Below are positions 37,815 to 48,110 of a DNA stretch of 64,000 nt, piece after piece (the first letter of the stretch is position 1; the number at the start of each line of letters is the position of its first letter). Below the pieces are notes generated by a model. It had not been told where the DNA came from, searched no databases, and was given only the letters and a program-made list of their open reading frames with translations. The stretch lies in sequence record PP968062.1, one strand, 5' to 3'. Made by a program: the position numbers and the translations under genes.

Positions 37815-38993
37815 TTAAATGTTGGTTTGCATCTGTTTGCTGAACATCTTGAAGATTTCAGTGATGTCCTGACCTTTGGATTTCTCGGCCATCTTGATTT
37901 CGTCGATACGGAAGCTCGAAGAGATATCCACACCACGATGATAGATGGTCACACGCTGCCAGCGCTCGTCAACAACGATCAGCATCAACAGGTAGCTGTT
38001 GTCGAATATTTTGCGACGGGTATTAGCGTCTTCCAGCTTGCCATACAGAGCGTTAGCAGTTTCTTTCATAGTCGAAGCGGAAACTACAGCAATGTTGGAT
38101 GCATCAGCCATGGATACACGGCCAGTCTGAACAGACTTGCTCAGGTTGTTACGACGGCGATCAGTGATTTCCTTGTAGACACCAGACTTGTCACTTACCA
38201 GAGCAGCGAAGTGAGCATCGATCATATCCTGACCGAGAACGAAGTCGCGCCAGAAACGAATCTGACCAGTCTTAACCAGGAAGAGGCGATGACCCCAAGT
38301 ATCACGTCCGCCGGCACTAAAGATATGAGTAAGAGTCTGCGACGGAACTGCTGCCGGAATCAGACGAATGAGCACAGGTAGTTTTGCCTTGGCGTCACCA
38401 TCGGTGATTTCAACGTTCAGCAGCTTACCAACAGCGAGGTTCTCAGTTTCGTATACTTTCTGGGTATCGCCCGAAGACATACGAGGAGAAGCTTCTTTCT
38501 TATCACCTTTCTTACGATCATCGTCTTTCGATTGTTCGAATGCTTCTTGCGAGTATTCGGCAATCAGTTCAGGACGGATCTTTTGGTTGAACGATTCCAG
38601 AGACGGGAAACCGTTCTGGTAGTTCTCTTTGGAGAACACAGCGCCACTAACATCAGCACCGATCGAACGGTACGGGTTCAGGCTGTCGAATACTTTGAGA
38701 GTATCGATCTTACCAACACCAAGTACCATGTTAACAGCTTGCAGATAATATCCAGCGAACTGGCTCAGTGCCATCTTCAGGATATCTTGCATGTACGGTT
38801 GGTCGACCAGAACGCTATCAATGATAGCGAGAGGCTCAACCCGACACGGGCGAGTCAAATCGGCAAGAGAGTTGATCTCCATGCTATTTTTGGTCGCATT
38901 AAGGACTGTGGTCATAAGACCTTTAAAAGCTTGGCTACCGGCAGCAGCACCCGCTGCGCCAGCCATAGCACCAGCTACGATTGGTAGTGGCAT
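37815..38993 (-). CDS. inner-body/head protein (phiKZ gp89-like)
   Basis: 392 aa; FSKENY, PSLESF, YSQEAF sites; synteny. Confidence 0.65.
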   Translation of the reverse strand: MPLPIVAGAMAGAAGAAAGSQAFKGLMTTVLNATKNSMEINSLADLTRPCRVEPLAIIDSVLVDQPYMQDILKMALSQFAGYYLQAVNMVLGVGKIDTLKVFDSLNPYRSIGADVSGAVFSKENYQNGFPSLESFNQKIRPELIAEYSQEAFEQSKDDDRKKGDKKEASPRMSSGDTQKVYETENLAVGKLLNVEITDGDAKAKLPVLIRLIPAAVPSQTLTHIFSAGGRDTWGHRLFLVKTGQIRFWRDFVLGQDMIDAHFAALVSDKSGVYKEITDRRRNNLSKSVQTGRVSMADASNIAVVSASTMKETANALYGKLEDANTRRKIFDNSYLLMLIVVDERWQRVTIYHRGVDISSSFRIDEIKMAEKSKGQDITEIFKMFSKQMQTNI

Positions 38994-39031
38994 CGTTCTC
39001 TTCCTTCATTGGTTCGCAGAGATTTGAAAAA

Positions 39032-40075
39032 ATGGCATTAAGTGATTATCTAACGCAAATTACACAGAACATTGGGATGTCGCCGCGCGATCGTTCCATT
39101 GAAGATTCCTTCAAAGGCCTGAACATCACAGGTCGTAACAATGCGATTTCGTTAAATACAGAAAACCATGGTTATACTTTCTTTACCCGCCCATTGCTGA
39201 ACTTGGCTGAGGATAACTGCATGGTGGACAGACGTCTGTCCATGATCCTGAATCCTAACCCACAAAGTATCGAGCGTATGGTTAGGGCATATTTGGATCC
39301 ACGAGCTCATAGTGAGGGTGGCACAACATGGTGCGCTGGAGTAGATCCTCTTAACCCTTTCATCCCTTTGCTCAGTAACAACTTGATTAGTCTTACTGGC
39401 TGGGAAGATTTCACTATCAACTTGGGAACCACAACTCCCGGTGTGTACCGTGACGTAATGTCCTACGTGGACGACGTGCCATATCAGTACAACACCTACG
39501 ATTTACAGGCGACGTTCCGCAATATTGCTGGAGATCCTATAACATGGATGTTCAAGATCTGGCTAGTCTATATGGGTCTCAATCGTGAGGGTCGTATCCT
39601 ACCTTATCCAGATTTGCTGATGTTAAACGAATACGATGCGAACACTCGTATCTATCGCTTAGTGATGGACTCTACTAAGACGTTTGTTACCCGAATTGCA
39701 GCTTGTGGTGCAGCGCTTCCAATGAACGCTCCTACAGGTCAGATCATCAACTTTACAGGCGATGGCGCAGAGACTCCGTTCCAAACTGCTAGTGATCAAC
39801 TCAACTTTAGTTTCCGTTGTATGGGAATGACAATTTACGATCATATCTTGATCTATGAGTTTAATGATCTTGTTGAAACATTTAACCCGCTAATGCGTGA
39901 CAACAATAGGGGTCGTCTGACTCAGAAGTTGAAACAGCATGAAAAGAAATGGTTTAACTTCCAAGCCTATCCATATATCAACGGTACTACCATGGAACTC
40001 GAATGGCATGTACCGAAATCTATCTACGAACAGTTGGCTGGTGGGAACCTGACCCGCGGATTCAATCCAAGTTGA
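39032..40075 (+). CDS. tail/baseplate protein (phiKZ gp88-like)
   Basis: Start re-called to MALSDYL at 39032; divergent from 38993; synteny. Confidence 0.6.
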   Translation: MALSDYLTQITQNIGMSPRDRSIEDSFKGLNITGRNNAISLNTENHGYTFFTRPLLNLAEDNCMVDRRLSMILNPNPQSIERMVRAYLDPRAHSEGGTTWCAGVDPLNPFIPLLSNNLISLTGWEDFTINLGTTTPGVYRDVMSYVDDVPYQYNTYDLQATFRNIAGDPITWMFKIWLVYMGLNREGRILPYPDLLMLNEYDANTRIYRLVMDSTKTFVTRIAACGAALPMNAPTGQIINFTGDGAETPFQTASDQLNFSFRCMGMTIYDHILIYEFNDLVETFNPLMRDNNRGRLTQKLKQHEKKWFNFQAYPYINGTTMELEWHVPKSIYEQLAGGNLTRGFNPS

Positions 40076-40085
40076 GGAAATTTTA

Positions 40086-43001
40086 ATGAGTCAGTTTAAA
40101 GAACGGATGTATAGTGCACGACGCAACCCCGCGTTGATGCAGACCATCGCTCTTAATGAACTGGATGCGCAAATAAACGGCTCTGGTAACGGAGCCGTTG
40201 TTGCAGATATTCCAGATGCTTCCATTCCGTTCGTATTCTCTCTTGAATGCGGATCGATGGAAACCGCCATGGCTATCAGCGAGATGGAAGCTCTTGGTCG
40301 TCAGCTATATCCTCGTCTGTCCCTGAACAACGAAGAAATCTACAAGCACATGTCCGATGACGATTACATTGGACGTTTCGCTTCTCCGGCTAAGACACCG
40401 TTTAACTTCTTGATCGCTTATGATGAAATTATCGCTAAAGCCGTCCCCGTCGGTAACACCGGTATCCGTAAACTTATTATCCCTCGTCTGACCGAGTTCG
40501 ATGCTGCTGGTATTAAGTTCACTATGCAGTACCCGATTGAAATTCGTGTAATGCGTCATGGTGGCATCACGATTGAATATGTACTCGATAAGACTTCTCC
40601 CGTTGAGACCCTTTCTACTAACATTGTCCCTTGGACCATGTTGGTTATCGATCGTCGTAAAGTCGTGTCACTCCAGATTCCGGTTTATCAGTTTGCAGTT
40701 AAGACCCATACTGAATCCCTGAACCCATCGAGCTTGTTCCAACAGTCTTATCCATTCACTGATAAGTTCTTCTATGCTCGGGCTTATATTAGCCGTGCAG
40801 AGAATGATCAATGGGAGGAAGTTAAGACTACCCACTCCGATCTCGTTTATGACCCGATGAATCTGACCGTAGTGTTTAAGGTAGTGGGTAATAAACTCCA
40901 GGTGAGTATCCCGACTATCTACACCAATACACGGATGGCTCAAGGCGATATTCGAATCGACATCTATACCACTCAAGGTAAGATGGATCGTGATCTGGGT
41001 TCGTACAAAGCTAACCAGTTTAAATTCTGGCTGAATGACATCGATGATGATCGCACCTTTGTATCCCCTCTTACTACCTTTAACTTGATTCAAGCTTTGG
41101 CTCGTGGTCGTGTAGAGGGTGGCGCAGATTCGGTAGACTTCAACGTACTCCGTAACCAAGTTATCAATAACACCCTGGGTGCTAACCAGGTACCAATCAC
41201 TAACGTACAGATCGAAGATGCTGTTCAACGTCGTGGTTATACCTTAGTATCCAACATCGATAACATTACCAATCGTCAGTTCCTCGCCTCAAGACGTCTA
41301 GGAGAGCCTAGAGCGCTCGATGTTATTTCTGGTGCTGGCGTTGCTATGTCTCAGCTAAAGGTTGATATGGAGTCCCTAGCGGGCTCTGTACACGTGTTTG
41401 ACAATGGTGATCGTCTCACTATCAAACCGAGCATGCTTTATACGTTCAACAAAGGACGTGTGAACACTGTAGCCGATGCTGAGATTACTCGACTGACTGG
41501 CAGCACTGCCGAACAGATCGCTCGTGAAGTAAACAACGGTCGTTACGTATATTCTCCTTTCCACAACGTACTCGATGCATCGCGTGAGAACTTTGAGGTT
41601 CGTCCTTATTACTTGGATAACCCGACTATCACTGAGAAGATCTTCGTTGGCGAGAACGATACAGCTAACCTACAAGCAGCTATCGATGTATTCAATATCG
41701 AGAAGACTGAAGATGGTTATCGGATTACTGTTCGTTTGGAATCCGGAGAGCAGTTCAAGAAACTGGCCGATGAGCAGATCGTATTGCAAATTGGTTATCA
41801 ACCTCCAGGTGAGAATCGTTGGGCTTCCGTTAACGGTAAGTTCATCGGCATTGAAGATGAAGAACGCGTATTCGCTTTCGATATCAAGACAAGGCATGAC
41901 ATCAACTCGAAGAATGAACTGTATACGACTAACATGTCGATGTTCTCTGACGTACAGAACAACTTCGCTACTCCGTTGAACACTCTGCTTGACGTTACCA
42001 TCATGGTAGTCAATACTACAACTCCAGGTTATCAACCTAACGTGATCGATGAGATGGTTCAGGTTCACCTGCTCCCTCAGCAATTCATGGTTGTAAACCG
42101 TGAACGCCTCGTAACTGTATTGGGTTACGACATGACCAAGATGTGGCGGCGTAGCCGTACTGTTCTGGGTGATGAATCGTATCAACATTGGGACCACGAT
42201 GTAATGTGGTTCTATGAGGAGAATGAGTATCAGCGTGACGAACAAGGTAACATTATTGTTGAGATTCTTCCTAACGGTCAACTCGACTACAAGATCCTCC
42301 ACAAGAAAGGAGATCCTGTTCTGGATGCCAATGACGTTCAAGTTAAGAAGCATCAACGTGGTGATGTTATTCTAGACACTAATGGTCGACCTGTATTGGT
42401 TGCTCCTCGTAAGCGTCTTCGTGAAATCACTCTGATGATGGTCGATGGTTTGTTCTACTTCGCTAACGAGAAATCCGCTCTTGACTACAAAATCGAGATT
42501 CCGATGGAGTTCGTTACTTGGCTGGCAAACGACATCTCTATTCTTGATGCACAACTTCTTGAGATGTGCGAGATGTATCTCTATCCGACTACTACTTACG
42601 GTGACACTACTGTTACTGTTCGTGAAGGTCAGAAGGCTACCATCTCCGTAGACCAAGCGTTCACTCTTAGCTTCTATTTGAAGCCTGCTGAATACACCAA
42701 CACTACAATCCGTCCGAGCCTGATGTCTAATGGTAAGTCGGTATTAAACGAGTATATCAGTCGTAAGACTGTGTCGATGTCCGAGACAGTTGCACAACTG
42801 GAAGCTACCTCGGGTGATGGCGTACAAGCACTTGAAGTGTTCGGTCTGGGTGGCACTGACAACTACGCAATCCTTACAGTAGAAGACGATGCAGTTCGTT
42901 TGGCTATTCGTAAGAAGCTGGTTGTACTGGCTAACCAAGAACTGACTGTGGAGGATGACGTGCAGTTCAACTTCCTCAAACATGAAGTGCTTTCGAACTA
43001 A
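40086..43001 (+). CDS. baseplate wedge protein (phiKZ gp87-like; T4 gp6/P2 gpJ-like)
   Basis: 971 aa; GRVEGGADSVDFNVLRN resembles the baseplate-J GGxDxE...LR motif. Confidence 0.65.
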   Translation: MSQFKERMYSARRNPALMQTIALNELDAQINGSGNGAVVADIPDASIPFVFSLECGSMETAMAISEMEALGRQLYPRLSLNNEEIYKHMSDDDYIGRFASPAKTPFNFLIAYDEIIAKAVPVGNTGIRKLIIPRLTEFDAAGIKFTMQYPIEIRVMRHGGITIEYVLDKTSPVETLSTNIVPWTMLVIDRRKVVSLQIPVYQFAVKTHTESLNPSSLFQQSYPFTDKFFYARAYISRAENDQWEEVKTTHSDLVYDPMNLTVVFKVVGNKLQVSIPTIYTNTRMAQGDIRIDIYTTQGKMDRDLGSYKANQFKFWLNDIDDDRTFVSPLTTFNLIQALARGRVEGGADSVDFNVLRNQVINNTLGANQVPITNVQIEDAVQRRGYTLVSNIDNITNRQFLASRRLGEPRALDVISGAGVAMSQLKVDMESLAGSVHVFDNGDRLTIKPSMLYTFNKGRVNTVADAEITRLTGSTAEQIAREVNNGRYVYSPFHNVLDASRENFEVRPYYLDNPTITEKIFVGENDTANLQAAIDVFNIEKTEDGYRITVRLESGEQFKKLADEQIVLQIGYQPPGENRWASVNGKFIGIEDEERVFAFDIKTRHDINSKNELYTTNMSMFSDVQNNFATPLNTLLDVTIMVVNTTTPGYQPNVIDEMVQVHLLPQQFMVVNRERLVTVLGYDMTKMWRRSRTVLGDESYQHWDHDVMWFYEENEYQRDEQGNIIVEILPNGQLDYKILHKKGDPVLDANDVQVKKHQRGDVILDTNGRPVLVAPRKRLREITLMMVDGLFYFANEKSALDYKIEIPMEFVTWLANDISILDAQLLEMCEMYLYPTTTYGDTTVTVREGQKATISVDQAFTLSFYLKPAEYTNTTIRPSLMSNGKSVLNEYISRKTVSMSETVAQLEATSGDGVQALEVFGLGGTDNYAILTVEDDAVRLAIRKKLVVLANQELTVEDDVQFNFLKHEVLSN

Positions 43002-43002
43002 G

Positions 43003-43040
43003 CGGCATAAAGCCCGGCCTTGAGCCGGGCAATATGTCGT
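43003..43040. terminator. bidirectional terminator at convergent junction
   Basis: GCCCGGC/GCCGGGC stem with TATGYCG tails on both strands. Confidence 0.8.
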
Positions 43041-44314
43041 TAAACACCGAGTTCGCGTTTGATCTCTTCAAACTTCTTATTCAGTGCTTCCCAGCCCGCG
43101 TCAGCTACATCGCTAACAACGTGTGCGTAGAAGTCTTCACGAACGATATCGTGAGCCTTGATGAAGAAGTTAGCGTAGGTCGCACCGGCTTTGTACTGAT
43201 ACAACGGCAGCTTATGGAAGATGTTAACCATGTCATTCAATGCTTCGATGCCAGTATTGATACTCTCAACAGTGGCTTGTAGCTGTGACATAGGTACAAC
43301 CGATTCTTCGAAATCATAACGACGGATCTTGCGAAGTTCATCTGCACACTGACCGTAGATATCGTAGATGAAACGGTACGAGAAAGCTTCACGCTTCAGC
43401 ATACGCTTAGAATCTTCGAAGAAACGAACACCAACACGTTTGTGCTTGATGTAGAAGTTAGGATCGTCAGATTGAGTATCCATGTTCTTCAGAGTTTCAG
43501 CCAAAGACTTAAGACGCGGACCAACGTGAGAATCGAAACCAAGTTCCAGACGGGAACGGTCCATTACCTGACGTACTTGACGGACTTGTTCAAGTAGCTG
43601 AGCGCCATACTTCTGAGCTTCTTGTTGGAGGTTACGTACACGACGAAGATCGTCATCTACACCAAAAGCCAGAAGACCCAGATCAGAACGAGGGAGCTTA
43701 GGATCAAGCAGAACAACTTCAGCAGCTTCGTAGTACTTACGATCTAGATTACGAGTACCAAGCTTGTTCATGGCTTGCATCGCTTTCCAGTTCGATTCCA
43801 GTTTGACGATCTGGCCGTTGATGCTATCAATACGACCTTGGATGAGTTCATCAGTCATCGTGAGAGACTTAACCCAACGCCAGGCTTTAGCTACGAAGTC
43901 AATCAGAGCACGGAACCATTCCTTGATAGTAGCAAGGATAGCTGCACCGATAGCTTCATTAGAAACTTTCATGTTAAGGCTGGTACGCGTCGGAGTGAAC
44001 AGTGAGTTATAGTTCTCAAGGGAAGGATATACCGGAACATTCAGACCGATCGATTCCATGGAACTATGGATGTTACGAAGAGCAGTGATGTCGTGCGAGG
44101 ATACACCTTCTGCTTTGATAGTAGCACGCAGCTCAGTCAGAGTAGTTAGATGCTCCAGTGCAGCGTGTACTTTGGTTTGCAGTTCGGGGTCAAGTTGAAC
44201 ACCGGCTACGGGTTCTGCTTCAACCTCTCGATCAAGCAGTCGTTGTTCTTCAAAAAGAACATCTTCATGTTCATGCATTTTCATTACCTTTAGAATGCTC
44301 GTGGAGCTTGTCAC
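43040..44314 (-). CDS. processed virion head protein (phiKZ gp86-like)
   Basis: ALEH, SME, PSLENY, VSNEAIG sites. Confidence 0.65.
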   Translation of the reverse strand: MTSSTSILKVMKMHEHEDVLFEEQRLLDREVEAEPVAGVQLDPELQTKVHAALEHLTTLTELRATIKAEGVSSHDITALRNIHSSMESIGLNVPVYPSLENYNSLFTPTRTSLNMKVSNEAIGAAILATIKEWFRALIDFVAKAWRWVKSLTMTDELIQGRIDSINGQIVKLESNWKAMQAMNKLGTRNLDRKYYEAAEVVLLDPKLPRSDLGLLAFGVDDDLRRVRNLQQEAQKYGAQLLEQVRQVRQVMDRSRLELGFDSHVGPRLKSLAETLKNMDTQSDDPNFYIKHKRVGVRFFEDSKRMLKREAFSYRFIYDIYGQCADELRKIRRYDFEESVVPMSQLQATVESINTGIEALNDMVNIFHKLPLYQYKAGATYANFFIKAHDIVREDFYAHVVSDVADAGWEALNKKFEEIKRELGV

Positions 44315-44573
44315 GTAGGAGGTACAACTCTAAACGAATAATCTCCTCAATCGCCTTACGTCGTGCAACAATAACACCACGCTTAGAATCGAAGGCAGTT
44401 TTATTCGCAACAATTGCATCGGTGACTATCCGATGTCCATTACTTAGTTTAGTAATGCAGACAGTCACCAACATTTCAGGGTCAGAGATGATCTTCTCTT
44501 TAACAATTAACGACTTGGCGTATGCTTTAGTAATCCTAGGATGCACCAAATCGTCATGGGTATGGTCGACCAT
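44271..44573 (-). CDS. Phage Gp49/gp66-family protein
   Basis: PRIT..SLIV.E...VTVCI..LSNG...FD...G..VARRKAI..I..LELYLLRDKLHE matches the family pattern; AGGGGAG RBS. Confidence 0.7.
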   Translation of the reverse strand: MVDHTHDDLVHPRITKAYAKSLIVKEKIISDPEMLVTVCITKLSNGHRIVTDAIVANKTAFDSKRGVIVARRKAIEEIIRLELYLLRDKLHEHSKGNENA

Positions 44574-44590
44574 GACGACCCCTCCCTGAC

Positions 44591-45031
44591 TTAGCCTTCT
44601 ACTTCAAGCTGGCGCAGAACGTTAGTCACTTCGTTTTGGCACTTGGCGAATTCGTAGCGGCTAGCGAGCATTTGTGCGGTAGCGGTTTCATCGCTGGTCT
44701 GATATTCTTCAGCGGTAACAGATTTCATCGCAGCTTCAACGATAGCCGGATCAGTTACACAGTTAATCAGTTCCAGACGAATACGGACGATCTGCTTGAA
44801 CAGTTCAGTAGCAAGTTTCAGATCGAGAGCAATGTTCTCGTTAACCTGACCAGCTACTTTACGGAGCATGGGCATATGCGCATCGATCAGCTCTTCACAG
44901 GAAAGGCTCGGATCGAGTTGAACATAGAAACCAACAGCGTTAGCTACGAACATAGCGCGAGCTTGACGATCATTGTTGGTCGGAGATTTGATTTCTTTCA
45001 GGATGCGGGCAATTTCAAAACCAGTACGCAT
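44591..45031 (-). CDS. virion protein (phiKZ gp85-like)
   Basis: 146 aa; synteny. Confidence 0.6.
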   Translation of the reverse strand: MRTGFEIARILKEIKSPTNNDRQARAMFVANAVGFYVQLDPSLSCEELIDAHMPMLRKVAGQVNENIALDLKLATELFKQIVRIRLELINCVTDPAIVEAAMKSVTAEEYQTSDETATAQMLASRYEFAKCQNEVTNVLRQLEVEG

Positions 45032-45046
45032 TTCGGTCTACCTTGT

Positions 45047-46294
45047 TTATTGAGTTAAGCGGAAAGCTTGTAAGAACAAATCATTGTTCAGCAATGTCTC
45101 TAGATTCTCTTCTGCTTGCTTGTGATGTAACTCACGCCGGCGTGCAGGGCGGAAGAATTCTAAGACAGAATCAAACATACCACGATTGTTCGAGAAATCT
45201 TTAATGATGTCATCAATAGCTTTTATGTCGTCACTCATAGCAGCTTTATCTTTAGCTGTATCAGAACGGCGAAGCTGAGCGATAAGATCACGACGCACTT
45301 TCATAATGCGTTCACGGGGATCATCGTAACGGGCAGAGAAGTTAAACTCGTCTACTTCGGCATTTATTATGATCACAAGCATAACTAGTGGGGAGAACCA
45401 CAACATAGCTAGTGCGTGGATAATCATCATGAAGTAACCGGTTTCCCGATGTTCGAGTCCGTAGTACTTATCAAACTTATGCAAACATGTGGCGAGGTCA
45501 CGACTATAACCCAAACGACTGGCAAACATATCTGCCATTTGTTCTTCACGACGCATTGCCGTAACGGGGTTATTCATCAGGTGGTGTCGTGGGGCTTTCT
45601 TATAAGCAGAAAGGATGGCACGACGCACATTGCCAACATCTGAACGATCGTTGATATAGGCTTCGTATTCTTCTGGCTTCAGGTTATCTTTGAGCCATTT
45701 GTCGGTGAAGATCTCCAACTTGAATACGTTCTGTTTCTTACCTTGCAGGATCTCGATCCCGTCAGTCAGGTAATAGTTGAGCCAAACGTAATCACCCATG
45801 TACATGAAGACGTTGAAGGTGTGACCGATTTCGTGAATCAGTGCAGCTGCTACTTCACGAATTGTAAAGCCCAGTTTCTCACTAATGAATCCCAGGGAGA
45901 TATAGACTTTAAATTTGAGTTCGTCAGCAAGACCACCTTTAACATGGACGTTCTTTACATCGATAACTGTTTCCAGTTTACGAGGGTCGTTATAGCTGTT
46001 CTCAGCGCGAAGCCGTTTGTGAGCATTATACCAAGTACCGCTGTGACCCAAGGCCATCATTTCAATACTGACGCCAGCATCCAGACCAGTATCGCCAGAA
46101 ATGGTGAAGTCGTAATTGATACCAGTTTCAGCTTTCAGTTCCGCTGTAAAATCTGTAAGGAGTTTGACCGGAATGATTTTGTCTTTTGCGTATGCTTCCC
46201 GAATCAGAGTAATGTATTTCTCCGTGATCGGGCCAATGTTGGACTTAGCTCCAACAGCTAGCATCTCTTGAGAGATAGTGAATCGGTTATACAT
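45047..46294 (-). CDS. zincin metallopeptidase-like virion protein (phiKZ gp84-like)
   Basis: AALIHEIGH (HExxH) and downstream EEQMADMFASRLGY. Confidence 0.7.
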   Translation of the reverse strand: MYNRFTISQEMLAVGAKSNIGPITEKYITLIREAYAKDKIIPVKLLTDFTAELKAETGINYDFTISGDTGLDAGVSIEMMALGHSGTWYNAHKRLRAENSYNDPRKLETVIDVKNVHVKGGLADELKFKVYISLGFISEKLGFTIREVAAALIHEIGHTFNVFMYMGDYVWLNYYLTDGIEILQGKKQNVFKLEIFTDKWLKDNLKPEEYEAYINDRSDVGNVRRAILSAYKKAPRHHLMNNPVTAMRREEQMADMFASRLGYSRDLATCLHKFDKYYGLEHRETGYFMMIIHALAMLWFSPLVMLVIIINAEVDEFNFSARYDDPRERIMKVRRDLIAQLRRSDTAKDKAAMSDDIKAIDDIIKDFSNNRGMFDSVLEFFRPARRRELHHKQAEENLETLLNNDLFLQAFRLTQ

Positions 46295-46400
46295 GAGAGT
46301 GGCCTACTCGTCAGTTTTATTAATCATAAAGTAAAGCTCGAATGAGAGATTACTGGGGTGATTAATACTACGTGTTTTAAGATTTAAAAAGGAACTCGAA

Positions 46401-48110
46401 ATGAGTGATGATATTTCTTTTAGTAAAGAAGATGTAGTTGGTATCGAAGCTAAACATATTACTTACGTTACCGACCGTAACCATCGCAAGCATGACTTGC
46501 ACGTTGTTAAAGAGGTCATCCATCTTAAGGACAAGCGTCGGATTCCTCGTCTCCGTTTTATTGAGGATTATGAACGTCCTTGGTGGTTGGACCCTGAGGC
46601 CAACAAGAAAGAAGGGCAACGTTCTTACACTGAGAAGAAAGACTACGAATATGAGAAGAAACTCCTCAAACGTAAGTCTACTCAAATTAACATGCCGCAC
46701 GCTATCGCTAAAGCTCTTGGTGATTACAGCATGGGTCCTAACCCACGGATGCGTCAACTGAGTCGTAGTCCTTATCTGTACGGTTCTGACGTTAGCTCTG
46801 TTTGCTATCTGAAGAACGACTATCGAATGGCTGCTCCTGATCTGATCTCTCGTAACACTGTCGCTGGTGGCGACATTGAGACCAACGTTTACGAAGATGG
46901 TAAAGATGGTGAGATCATCTGCATGTCCGTATCGTTTAAAGATAAAGTCTATCTGGCTTATCTGAAACGTTGGGTAAGTGACCTCAAAGATCCTATACAA
47001 GAAACCTTTGATGAACTGGAACGTATCCCTGAGTTGGTTGCTCTTCGTAAGGGACGTAATCTGAACATCGAGATCGAAGTAGTTGATCAACCGGTTCACA
47101 TCGTAATTAACTGCATAAAGCGTCTCCACAAATGGAAGCCTGACTTCTTCTCCTTCTGGAACATCAGCTTCGACATGAGTCGAATCCTGAAAACTCTGGA
47201 AGACGCTGGTGTTGATCCGGCGGTTGTATTTAGTGATCCGTCTGTACCGGCTAACTACAAGTACTTCCACTTCCGTCAAGATCAAGCGATGACCACTACG
47301 GCATCGGGTGTAACCAAGTCTAAAGGTCCAGAAGACCAATGGCACTGGATTACTTGCCCTGCATCTTTCCAACCGATCGATGCGATGTCTACTTACCGTG
47401 TAACTCGTCTGGCTAAAGGTAAGGAACCGTCTTACGCGCTTGATTACATTCTGAAGAAAGAACTCAACGTCGATGAAGATGCTGAGATTCTGGGTGAAGG
47501 TGATCTGGTTAAGTTCCAGAAAGGTCTCGACAAACTGTTAGCTGAACGTCCGGGTAGTTATCCTTATCTGTTCGTTAACTACAGCGGTAAAGAAGATGAC
47601 TGGACTCCGGTTGAACACTTCACTTGGGGTGACACTGTAAACCTGGGTAACCATGTTCGTTACACCATGAACTTTGGTAAGCTTAAGTTCCCTGAAACTG
47701 ATCACCTCGGAGGGATCGAATGGCACATTGAGATGCAGAAGAACCACAAGGTTCGTTATGGTCTTTACAACATCATCGACTCCATTCGTCTGGAGCAACT
47801 CGATGAGAAGATCAATGACCTTGCCAGTTCTATTACTCTGTTCTCGAAGTCTTCCGACTATAAGAACTTTAGCTCTAACCCGAAGCGTCTTTGTGACGAC
47901 ATGCACTTCTGGTATCTGAACCGTCCTGAGCCGTGTGTCATTGGTACTAGCTCTGACCAAATGGTTCACGAGCTCGATCAGTACGTAGTGGGTCACGATA
48001 GCTGGATTGTTACACTGCCTTCTTACATGGCTGGTCCGAACGGATTGAAGTGTGTTAAGGACTTACCTGATTACAAGACTTTGATCTTTAGCCACGTAGC
48101 TGATTTGGAT
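46401..48110 (+). CDS. family-B DNA polymerase subunit with 3'-5' exonuclease domain (phiKZ gp82-like), exon 1
   Basis: GGDIETN (ExoI), FWNISFDMS (ExoII), YNIIDS (ExoIII); ends HVADLD, half of polymerase motif A. Confidence 0.85.
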
